In this document: positions 36,001 through 45,700 of the stretch, piece by piece
How the letters are laid out: each line of letters starts with the position of its first letter
How positions within the stretch are numbered: position 1 is the stretch's first letter
IMG/VR virus record: IMGVR_UViG_3300045256_000151
Coordinates: 1-59,454 of that record
Origin: a virus
Lineage: Duplodnaviria; Caudoviricetes
Length of the DNA: 59,454 nt
Reading direction: 5' to 3' (one strand)
Translations under genes and position numbers: made by a program
Notes under the pieces: model-generated
Database searches by the model: none
What the model was told of the DNA's origin: nothing
Seen by the model: the letters and a program-made list of their open reading frames with translations, nothing else

Positions 36001-36503
36001 TTGAGCTTGGCCAGAACCGCGGTCGTGTCCGACGTGCCGCGGTTCTGAAGAACGATCTTCTGAATCCGACCGGCCAGCAGGCCGGCGTCGATCGCGCCCG
36101 ACGGCAAATCGCCCGAGTCGCCCGATTCGGCCGACACGCTCGCGTTGCAGATCGCGTTGTCGCCCGTCAGCATGAACGGAACGCCGGCACGCAGAACCAG
36201 CGGGTGCCAGGACAGATTGCCCTTGGTCCCCGAATCGTCCGCGGGCGAACCGACCTGATACCACAGCACCACTTCGGCGGCGGGCAGCACACGAAACACG
36301 TCAAACACGCCCTCGCTGGCCCGGTCATACACGACCGTCTGGGTGTTCGCGGTCAGTTTGACGGTGCGCCGCGGGGTCGGCGTTGACACGGGCGCCGAGC
36401 CCGTGATCGTGGCCGCCGGCTCCGCCGGCGACGTGCCGCACCCGTCGCGGGTGCCGTTGCTGTCGATCACCAACGCCGAGTAGACAAGGATGGAGCTGGC
36501 CAT
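35997..36503 (-). CDS. Putative virion protein
   Basis: 168 aa, beta-rich; late-type promoter variant at 36509-36534. Confidence 0.65.
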   Translation of the reverse strand: MASSILVYSALVIDSNGTRDGCGTSPAEPAATITGSAPVSTPTPRRTVKLTANTQTVVYDRASEGVFDVFRVLPAAEVVLWYQVGSPADDSGTKGNLSWHPLVLRAGVPFMLTGDNAICNASVSAESGDSGDLPSGAIDAGLLAGRIQKIVLQNRGTSDTTAVLAKLN

Positions 36504-36546
36504 GCCCAACGCTATGGGCCGCCGCTCCGGCGCGGCAACGACCAGT

Positions 36547-36870
36547 CTACTTCGCCTTCACCACCATGCGCCAGTGATCCAAGTCTGGGCCCGGAATCAG
36601 CGCCAGCACGCACGATCGCCCGTCCGGGTGCGCCACCATGACCTCTCGGGCCCACCAGATCATGGTTTCGCTGGTGCGGCCGGTAATCGGGTCGATGAGC
36701 TTGAAGCTGTAGGTGTCGCCCAGAAGAACATGCCGCACGTCCGGGTCGGCCAGCATCAGGCTTTTGACCCAGGCCACCGATGAGGCGGCCAGAAGCCGGA
36801 TGGCCGTGGCAGTATCAAGCCTGTCGCACAACTGCCGGGCCAGGGCGGGGGTGGCGGCGCGGGTCTGCAT
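36547..36870 (-). CDS. Hypothetical protein
   Basis: 107 aa; TAGCCT-N6-ATG. Confidence 0.55.
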   Translation of the reverse strand: MQTRAATPALARQLCDRLDTATAIRLLAASSVAWVKSLMLADPDVRHVLLGDTYSFKLIDPITGRTSETMIWWAREVMVAHPDGRSCVLALIPGPDLDHWRMVVKAK

Positions 36871-36887
36871 GGCGCTAGGCTAGGCGC
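36856..36887. promoter_or_regulatory. Overlapping divergent -10 boxes in a 17-bp spacer
   Basis: Plus: GGCGCGGG-N12-TAGGCT-N6-ATG (36888); minus: TAGCCT-N6-ATG (36870). Confidence 0.6.
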
Positions 36888-37469
36888 ATGGCTTACCCCA
36901 CCGAACCCACCTCATCCGTTCGTCACGAAGTGCTGCCGTTCCCCGACGGCACAACGTACTCCGGCACGATGGTCCAGCCTGGCGACCTGATTGCCAACGC
37001 CGGCAACGGGTTCCAGGCTGATCCTACCAACGGCGTGTTCGTTCTCACGTCGCTGGATTCGCTGCTCGAGCTTTACCCCATCATCAGGGGCAACGATAAC
37101 GCGCTGGCCGACTTCGTGATCTACCGCGTGCCCCTGCCGATCATGCCGGACACGAAGAACGGGCTCAAGAAGTCCCAGTTCTCGCCGGTCAAAGTGCTGT
37201 CGTTCACCGCGTCGGCATGCACCCGCACCGGCGTCGCCAATGGCATCATCACGGATTCCTGGCGCTACTGCGACGACCGCTCCAACGAGGTGATCCGCGA
37301 CCCGTCGACCGGCGTGCTGTGGATCGGGCCGACGGCCGGCGCCGGCGACAACGAGAAGGCGGGGTATTCGATCGACGGCCGCGGCGTGTTCCAGTGGATC
37401 GTCTGCATCAAAGTCGGCGCCGGCGCCACGGCCGCCTCGTTCGTCGCCCGCGGGCTGAACACCGCCTGA
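36888..37469 (+). CDS. Hypothetical (putative virion) protein
   Basis: 193 aa, protein-like composition, late-type promoter. Confidence 0.7.
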   Translation: MAYPTEPTSSVRHEVLPFPDGTTYSGTMVQPGDLIANAGNGFQADPTNGVFVLTSLDSLLELYPIIRGNDNALADFVIYRVPLPIMPDTKNGLKKSQFSPVKVLSFTASACTRTGVANGIITDSWRYCDDRSNEVIRDPSTGVLWIGPTAGAGDNEKAGYSIDGRGVFQWIVCIKVGAGATAASFVARGLNTA

Positions 37470-37491
37470 TCGGCCATCGAAGATCCGCACC

Positions 37492-37529
37492 AAAGAAAAA
37501 CCCCAACCAACGCGGGGCGTTGGCTGGGG
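37492..37529 (-). terminator. Intrinsic terminator between convergent genes
   Basis: CCCCAACCAACGC/GCGTTGGCTGGGG hairpin, TTTTTCTTT on minus strand. Confidence 0.75.
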
Positions 37530-37570
37530 CGGGTTCCGCGCCGGGGCGCGAAAGTGTCTTGTTTGCTGGA

Positions 37571-37858
37571 TTACGGGCTCGTCCTTGCCCCGAAGTTGGG
37601 GCCCCCGACCACGCCGCTCAGGCGGGCGACGATTTCGGCCAGCTTGCGGGTTTCCGCAACCACGTCCTTGAGAGCTTGGTCGGTCTTGTCGACGCGCGTC
37701 TCCAGCGTTTCCAGCCGGTGGTCAACGCGGTCCTTCATGTAGACCCCGCCGGCGATCAGCGAAATACCGATCACGATGCCGGGGATCGTGACCTTGGCCC
37801 ATGCGGGGTTGGTCAGGTCGATGATCGTTGTTGCGCGACGGGTGGGCGCGTCACTCAT
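37571..37858 (-). CDS. Single-TM coiled-coil protein, probable lysis accessory
   Basis: One TM helix then a heptad segment; coupled to the holin-like gene. Confidence 0.6.
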   Translation of the reverse strand: MSDAPTRRATTIIDLTNPAWAKVTIPGIVIGISLIAGGVYMKDRVDHRLETLETRVDKTDQALKDVVAETRKLAEIVARLSGVVGGPNFGARTSP

Positions 37859-38796
37859 GGCGTCACCCCCGCGCCGATCTTGTTGAGCGGGCCCTTGTTG
37901 AGCAGGTCCAGCGCGCCGGCCAGCACGTCCATGCCCTTCACGCCCAGGTCACGCCACGCCTTGACCACCTCCAGCACCGCCGCCCGCTTGTCCGCGCTCC
38001 AGGTCGCCCAGGTGGGGGCCAGGGCCGCCGCCACGTCCGCAACGCTCTTGTTGGCCGTGGCCGCGTCCGAGTTGACGGCCAAGCCCTCGATCTGCCATGT
38101 GCCGTCCGGGCCGATCGTGGCCTTGTCCATGCGGATGCTCAGCACGGTCGCCGAGCGCATCGCGGCGAAGTTGCCGGGGCCGATGGGCATGACCATTTCG
38201 TGCGAGGCCCCGCCGCCGGTAGAGTCCACCCGGGGGAACGCCTTGTAAACCGGGCGGCCGTCGCCGTCCACGCCCACCTCGCGGCTCACGAAGTCCAGCA
38301 GGCTGGAGTAGGTGGGCAGGCTCCCGTCGATGTTGAGGCTGCCCTGTTCCTGGCCGACGCGGGTGAGCTTCTGCGTGCCCATTGTCGCGGTCTGGATGTT
38401 GTCGGCGGTCTGCCGCACGGGGTTCGTGTCGGTCAGGCCGGCGCACCCACCCACGCCCAGCGAGGCCGCCAGCAGACCCAGCGTTGCGCCCGCGACCAGC
38501 AGGCCGTTCACGGAGCCGGGGTGCCACGGGGGCGGCGCGCCGGGGCCACTGCCCGGCGCCGGGCCGTTGTTCGGCGGCGTCGTCTGGTACAGAACGCGGT
38601 CGTTGAAGTTGCTCCACAACTGGAGCCCGACGACCGTGCCGATGACCGTCAGCACCTCGGTGAGCATGGCGGCCTGACCGCTGGGAATCCACCCGCGCTG
38701 CACGCCAGCGCCGACGGCGTACACGACCGCGGCCAGGATGATTTTGCGGATGAAACTCTGCACCTGTGCGCTGACCATCGGGTCGGGATTGCTCAT
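37855..38796 (-). CDS. Holin-like N-terminus joined to a lipoprotein-like domain
   Basis: Two TM helices, Pro-rich linker, third hydrophobic helix ending LGVGG-C (Cys118); AAGGAG SD. Confidence 0.55.
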   Translation of the reverse strand: MSNPDPMVSAQVQSFIRKIILAAVVYAVGAGVQRGWIPSGQAAMLTEVLTVIGTVVGLQLWSNFNDRVLYQTTPPNNGPAPGSGPGAPPPWHPGSVNGLLVAGATLGLLAASLGVGGCAGLTDTNPVRQTADNIQTATMGTQKLTRVGQEQGSLNIDGSLPTYSSLLDFVSREVGVDGDGRPVYKAFPRVDSTGGGASHEMVMPIGPGNFAAMRSATVLSIRMDKATIGPDGTWQIEGLAVNSDAATANKSVADVAAALAPTWATWSADKRAAVLEVVKAWRDLGVKGMDVLAGALDLLNKGPLNKIGAGVTP

Positions 38797-38871
38797 CGAA
38801 AACTCCTTGAATAAGGCCGTCGGTTGCGACCAAACATACAGCCCTCAAGGGCCGCGCGGCAAGCGATTCGC

Positions 38872-38897
38872 CGCGACGGTCGATGCGTCCGTATGCT
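38872..38897 (+). promoter_or_regulatory. Late-type promoter variant CGCGACGG-N12-TATGCT-N5-ATG
   Basis: Upstream of ATG 38903; no SD. Confidence 0.55.
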
Positions 38898-38902
38898 GAG
38901 AC

Positions 38903-39796
38903 ATGGCAAGCCTTTGGACGCCAGCCAAACTGGGCGCTTTGTTGAAATTGCACGCCGCTGTCGGGCCAATCCCGCCGGTGTACGGCGTGGACCCATTCGA
39001 CAACGTGCTTGCGTCTGGCCTGTATATTGAATCTCTTGACCTGATCGCCCCGGCCGGGCAGCAGATCCTCACCGCCAACCCCGGCAGCGGCGCGGGCCAG
39101 ATCGGCGAGGGCGAGTTTGACGTTCTGCAGTACGCCGAAACCTACGACGTGGCGGTGCAGTCGCTCACGCCGAATGTCGCGCTCAACGCCACCGGCGCCA
39201 GCAGCGTGGTGGGCCTGATTACCTACTCCGCCGGCGACTGGGGCACGGTCACGGGCTACAGCCTCTTTGGCCGAGCGGGTTCCGCCGCAACCGACCGCCT
39301 CAACTTCGGCACCGGCGACACCGGCCTGGCGACAAGATACGAGCGACTGCGGCTGGGCAACGTGACGTTGGCGGCCACAAGCGATTTGCCCATCGGGCAG
39401 GCTCGGATCGCCACCTTCATCGCCAACGCCTCGGGCGTGACGCTGCGCATTAACGGCACGCAGGTAGCCACCAGCGGCGCGGCCCCGGGGCTGAACATGA
39501 ACGCTCAGCTCGGCGTCAACGGGCTGGCCGACGACGGCGGGGCGACGGCCTGGCTGTTCAGCCGGTGGCACAGTGTCGTGTTGGCCAGCGGCAACCTTGC
39601 CGCGGCAGGCTTTACGGCGTTGCAGATCGCGCAATTGCTCGAGGGCTACGCCGCGTGGGAAGGGCTGCCCGTGGGCACGACGTTTCAAAGCCTCCTGCCG
39701 GAAGGCCATCCGTACAAATACACCGCGCCCATGTTTGCAATTGGCTTGCCCCGCTCGGCCGGCCGCGGTGTTCGCGCCGTGCGCCGTTCCCGCTAG
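38903..39796 (+). CDS. LamG/ConA-like putative virion or receptor-binding protein
   Basis: LWTPAKL start, LRINGTQV, C-terminal EGYAAW...LP.GHPYK. Confidence 0.65.
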   Translation: MASLWTPAKLGALLKLHAAVGPIPPVYGVDPFDNVLASGLYIESLDLIAPAGQQILTANPGSGAGQIGEGEFDVLQYAETYDVAVQSLTPNVALNATGASSVVGLITYSAGDWGTVTGYSLFGRAGSAATDRLNFGTGDTGLATRYERLRLGNVTLAATSDLPIGQARIATFIANASGVTLRINGTQVATSGAAPGLNMNAQLGVNGLADDGGATAWLFSRWHSVVLASGNLAAAGFTALQIAQLLEGYAAWEGLPVGTTFQSLLPEGHPYKYTAPMFAIGLPRSAGRGVRAVRRSR

Positions 39797-42700
39797 GGAT
39801 TCGCCATAATCCGATGCTTGGTCAGGATGTCCTTCAACGCCCGCGCGCGCTCGTTGGGGTCGGCGATTTCGTTGATGTGTTCGCGCACAAAGTTCATCCG
39901 CTGCGAGCGCGGCATCTTGCGGGCCTCGCCGGCCAGCCACTCCACGAACTCGCGCCGTTCGGCGCCGGCCCTGGCCTTGTCGTCGGGGGGCGTTGCGGAG
40001 CCAATGCCGACCACGTTGAGCAGAGGCTTGATGACGGCGTTGCGAATCCCGCCGGGCACGCCGCCATCGGTCTTGCCTTCAACGAAGGCTTTGACCATCG
40101 GGTTCAGTTCCTCGAGCGCCGTCAGCAAGTTTGCAAGCCGCTGCGACTGGTGCGGGCCGACCACGGGGGCCCTCTCGGCCGGGTGGATGCCGCGCCCGGT
40201 CAGGGCCATCAACGCGGCCGTCACGGCCGGGCCCGTGTAGGGGTGCAGCCAACCCAGAGCATCCAGCATGGCGTCGTCGGTGATGTCGCCGGCCGTGCGT
40301 CCATACCGCAGCCCGTTGGCCAGGGCGTTCAGACCGCTCAGGCGGGCGCCGCGGCGCATGCCCGTCATGGCCATCAAATCGAGGAAATACGGACGGCCAC
40401 GGGAGTCGGTAAGGCCCAGGTCAACGGCGCCAACCGGAACGCCCGCACGCCCCATCGGTTTGCCCGACAGCAGCCAGTTGGCAAGAAACGCCAGCAGCAC
40501 ACACCCGACGACGCCGCCAAGTATGCGAGCGATGGACGACGCAATCGCGCGCTTGCTGGTCGGCGCCGTGGCGGCGCTGGTGCCAATCAACGCCCGCACA
40601 CTGTTACGGTTGAAAGCCGTGCCGGCCACGACGAACGGGGCCAGTTGCGCCTTGCGGAAAAACGCCTTGAGCGGGTCCATCAGCCGGCCCTCATACTGGC
40701 CGAGCATGTTGTTCCACTCGCGCCGGTCCATATCGGTGCCTTTGACAACACCGGCTCGAACCGCATCCTCGTACAGATTGTCCATTGCCAGCCGACCAGC
40801 CTCGTCAAGCAACCGCAGCAGTTTGCTCTGCCAGTCGCCGGCAACGGTTTCTGCCACCCGCTTGATTCTTGGGTGGTTGTCCAGCGCCTTTTCCAGTACC
40901 CCGGGCAGGTGGCCGCGGTGCGCGTCGGGACGCATGGCGCCAATCTCAGCCAGCTCCATGATCTGTCGGCGAATCTCGGGGGAATCGTCCCACCGCTTGG
41001 CCATCGCGCGGCCAATCCGCACGAACGCTTCCCCGTACCGCGCCAACGGAATAGCCCTGCCCGAGCGCGCACCGGCTGACCCGTGCGTCACGTCGGCCGA
41101 CATCGCCAAAGCGCGAATGATGTTGGTCCCGTGCGCTGTCAAGTCGAGAATCCCGTAGACCTGGATTGCGGTCAGCGCGTTGGTCACTTGCGTGAAGAAA
41201 TGCCCGTCCAGTTCGTCGTTGCGCAGGCCGGCGCGACGAACCTCGTTGGCAATGCGCGGGTCAACCCAGAGTTGCACAACTTCGGTGATCGGATCGCCCT
41301 GGAACCTGGGCATCCGGCCGCGCCGAACCGTCTCGGCCAGCATGACACCGGGCTGCCCGTTGAACGTGGGCCGGCGAGACTCATCGCCCTCGGCGTCGCG
41401 GAACATCTGCCCCGGGGGGGCTTCGATCGCTAGGCCCTCATCTTTCAGCACGGCGTACATGCGCCGCTTGGCGGCCTCCAGGTAGTCCCGGCCCGCAACG
41501 CTGTTGTCGATGATCGCCGCGGCGTCGGTTTCGTACCGCTGGCCGGTGGCCGTGCGCGTGATCGACTTCTCCGCCGACCGCTTGCGGAACGGCTGGTTGC
41601 TCGACGGCCGACTGGGCGTGGTGGCGTCCTCGTCGTCCTTGGGGGCCGCCCACATGCTGACAAAGAAGCCGGTTTCGGGGTCGGGGTACGGCACCTCGGC
41701 CTCGGGGTCGCCCTTGATGAGCCGGTAGCGGTTGTTCAAGTAGGGCATGGCGTGCCGAATCCACGCCTGCGTCGCGTCGCGGACGATGGGGTCCGCCTTG
41801 GCCTTCTCAAAGTCCTCGGCCGTTTGGATCGGGAAGCCCTCGAGCCCAATCAGGGTGGGCGTGGCGCGGTCGTATCGCTCCTGCCACATGGCGGCTTCTT
41901 CGGGCGTGTCGGCCTCAGCGGCCCGCTCGAGGAACCCCGTGCGGGTGGCCTGGAGGGTCGTTTCCACCCAGACGGCGCCAATGCGACGCCGCATGGCCTC
42001 GTCGCCCTCGGCGGCCCCCAGCACCAGCGAGCGGAACCAGGCGGCCCGCCGCGGGGCGGCCGTCCGGGCCGTCGCAAAAGCCACCAGGGCGTTGGCGGCT
42101 CGCTCACTCAGGGCGGCCGTCTTCGGGGCGGAGTGACCGGACAGATACCGCATGGCGGCGGAAATCGGCGCCGACGGCGGGGCCGTCATCATCGCGTCGA
42201 TGGCGGTTGACACGCTTGCGGCCGTGCCGGGCTTCTGGTCTTCCGGCAGGTTCTCGTCATTCAGCGGCCGCCCGAACAGCGTGGTGTTCTCCTGCGCGCG
42301 CCGCTCGAGCAGCGCCCGCTGCCGTTCCTCGAACCGGCGGTTGGCCTCCGCGGGCCCGTACTTCATGCCCTCGTAGGTCATGCCCGTGGCGGCATACATC
42401 GGCCGGCCGTCGGACGTGCGCTGCCCGTTGAGCATCCGCGGCGACACCCAGGCCGGGATCGTGGTCAGCCCGGCCATCTTGGCGGCCGCCACGCGGCGGT
42501 GCCCGTCGATCAGTCGCAGGGCGCCATCATCACGCTCAACGATCGTCACCGGCGGAGGAACCTGACCCGACCGCATCCACTCCGAGTACCGCTCCGCATC
42601 CGCGCGGCGGTTCTCGGGATCGGCCCACCCAGATTGCGGCTGGGTGTAGTCATTCTCGGTGAGCTGGATCATCGACAGCGGCACGTTGCGGAGCTGCGAC

Positions 42701-45700
42701 ACCTCGCGGCCGTAGATGCTGTTGAGCGTGTCGTCGATCCGCCAGGTGCCGACGGGGTATTGGGTGTGCTGGCTGGGCGTCGTTCGGCTGCTCAGCGGCT
42801 GGCCGGTCGCGGGGTCAGTCTTGCGCGTGTTGCCGGGCTGCTCGAACGTGCCGGCGGGGTTGTCGAAGTAGGTGCCGCGGTGGGCGCGCAGCGTTTCGGT
42901 GAGCGGGACGTATGCCGCCTCGTCGTCGGGCGGGATGTCGCTGTCGGTCGTTTGGTCGCCGTCGCCAAGCGGCCGGCCCATGAGCGGGCGCGTCGGGATC
43001 GCCTCGGCCATCGCGCGGCAATCGTCGGGCTCGATCGAGCCCAACTCCAGGTCTTGGTATTCGTTGCCCTGGCGGTCAACCACGATCATCCGGGCCCGAA
43101 CGCTGGTGCCGGAGTTCTTGAACGTGCCTTCGGGCAAGCGCACCACCGTCGCCCCGACCTGCTCGAGCCAATCCCTGAAACCCGCGCTCTGGTTATCAGA
43201 CCGGAAGAACGGGCCTTCCGACAGAATCGCCACCAGCCGCCCGTTCGGCTTGAGCATGGAATATGCACGCTGGATGTGCGTGATGTCCTGCCAGCCCTTG
43301 CCGGCCACGCGGCTGAACGGGGGGTTCATCACCACCGCGTCAAACGGCCCGCCCGTGTAGTCCTCGAATCGCCCGGTTTGCGCCACCAGATCCAGGTTGG
43401 CGGCTTGGGCCACGCCCGTGGCAACCTTGCGGCGGCCCTCATGCGGCTCCAGAATCGTCGCGTTCACGCCGGCGGGCAGGAACCGCAACAGGTTTCCCTC
43501 GCCCGCGGACGGCTCCAGCACGCTATCGCCGGCCTTGACGCCGGCCGCGTCGGCCATCAGCGCCGCCACCGTGTAGGGGGTGGCGAAGTAGTCCATGTCC
43601 TTGTCGGGCTTCTGGAGCCTGGTTTTCTCCATTGCGCCGGCCTGATCGAACCGATCAACTTCGCTCTGGCCGTCCAGTTCGCGGTCAACCTGCTCGTCAG
43701 TCAGCAACATGTGCTTGGCCGAGTAGTTGCTGTCGAAGTCGAAGTTGACCAGCGCCTTGCCGGCCTTGGACTTGATGCCCTTGACCGTCGCACTCATCGA
43801 GCGCATCCGCTGGCCGATGCGCGTCGCCAGCAGCCGCTCGAACGGGATGTTGCTTGAGAACAGAACGTAGTTCTCGGCGACGCTGGCCAGCCCATAGCGG
43901 TTGATCCGGCCCAGCACCTGCTCCAACTGGGTGGCGGTCCAAGGCATGTTCATCAGCAGCATGGCGGTCGGGTGGTCGCCCTTCTTGTCGTGCAACGACA
44001 GGCCCGTACCGCCCTTGGCCATAGTCGCCAGCAACACGCCGGCCTTGTCGGCGCGCCATTTGACCAGGTTGTCCTTGTTGACCCGATCGGTGTTCTCCCC
44101 GGTGAACAGGTACGCGCTGGGGATCTGCCGCATGATGTCGTCGGTCACGCTGGGCAGTTCGGCGTCACCCAGGCCCGCATCGTGCATGGCCTTGGCGATG
44201 GACATGATCGCGGCGTGGAACGGGGGCGGCACGCGGTCGTAGTCGCGGGCGGCACGCATGGCCTCGCGTTCCGCACGCCACTCCTCCATCATCCGGGCCA
44301 TCGTCGGGTAGTCATACCGCGGCCCGTTGGGCTTGCGCGACTCTCGGAACTTGCCCAGTGCCCGATCCGCCTTGGTTTCGACGAAGATCACCACCTTCTT
44401 GCCGGCGGCGATCAACTCCTTGGCGCGGACGACAGCCTGATCCGCCTTGGCGGCCTCGAGCAACCGCTTCCCGGCGTTCTGGCCGTGCATCTTCACCAGC
44501 GCGTGCGTCGCCGGGTCCAGCGGCTTGCCCTGGTCGTCCAGCCATTGCGACTCGGCAACGGCATACGCCTCCATGACCTTCTTGTAGAGCGACAGGTAGT
44601 TGTCGGGAACGTCGTGACGCTCAAAGTTGGCCGTCACCATGTTCTCGGGCAGTTTGAGCGCACGCTGGCTCATCATGCCCTGCTTCTCGAACCACCGCTT
44701 GGCGCCGCGGGCCAGTTCCTCGGCCTGGTCGGTGTTGACCCACCGGGCAACCACGATTTCCTTCTTGCCGAACCGGCTGCCCTCGGAGCCCCACTCGACG
44801 GCAACCTTCTTCTTGACGGCCTGGGCACCGAACAGGATGGCCCATTGCGTGTGGCCGCCCACGGAATCAAAGATGCCGGTGGGCTCCAGATACCGAGCCT
44901 GAACAGGGTTCTCGAACGGGGTCGCGCTGGAGAACACGACAAACCTGGCGGCCTTCATCAGCGTGGCCGCGGCCGTCGCCCGCTTGGTGCCGTCGGCGCC
45001 TTCCTCGCCGACGTTCTTGATGTTGTGGGCCTCATCGAAGATCAGCACCGCGCCGTCCGCGTCGATGGCATCGTTGCCCTTGCCAACGCCCGACAACTCG
45101 GAGTAGGTGGCAAAGCGAACCCCCTCGAGCCCGTAGGCTTTCAGGTCGTCGCCGATCTGGTCGATCAGCGTGCGGTTCATCGTGAACCACACAAACTTGG
45201 TCGCGCCGGCCTCGCGCAGTTCGCGGATGGCGCCGCCGTTCACATAGGTTTTGCCCGAGCCCGGGGCGGACCCGACAATGAACAGCCTCTTGCCGGCTTC
45301 GTATGCCTTGCGGATCAGGCCGATGTCCTCGATCTGCGAGTCCAGCACGTCGGCCGGGATGCCGGCCTTGGCGCCGAGCCGGATCAGGTCAGCGGTCGAG
45401 CGTTCGACTGCTCCAGCAGCATCGCCGCCAGTTGGTCGCTCGTCGGGTCGATCAAGTTCGGCGCGTCGGCGGTTCTCGATCTCCACTCGCTCATCAGTTG
45501 TTCCGCCAGTAGCGGGTTCGTCCGCAGGACGCGGGACGCCCACGCGAGAGATTGCGGCGGCCAGTTGCTGGGTGGGGTCGCCGTTCCAGTAGGTCCAGGT
45601 CTTGGTGGGGCCGTACCACTTGGGTCTGTTGTCGGGGATGGACTTGATGGCGTCCTGGTGTTCATAGGTGTTCCCCGTGACTTCGTGGACGATCCGCCCG

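Noticed and set aside
32927-36264. ORF-track lengths of 638 aa (RecT) and 675 aa (YqaJ)
   Set aside because: The extensions overlap other genes; SD-preceded ATGs at 33916 and 35193 give family-typical sizes.
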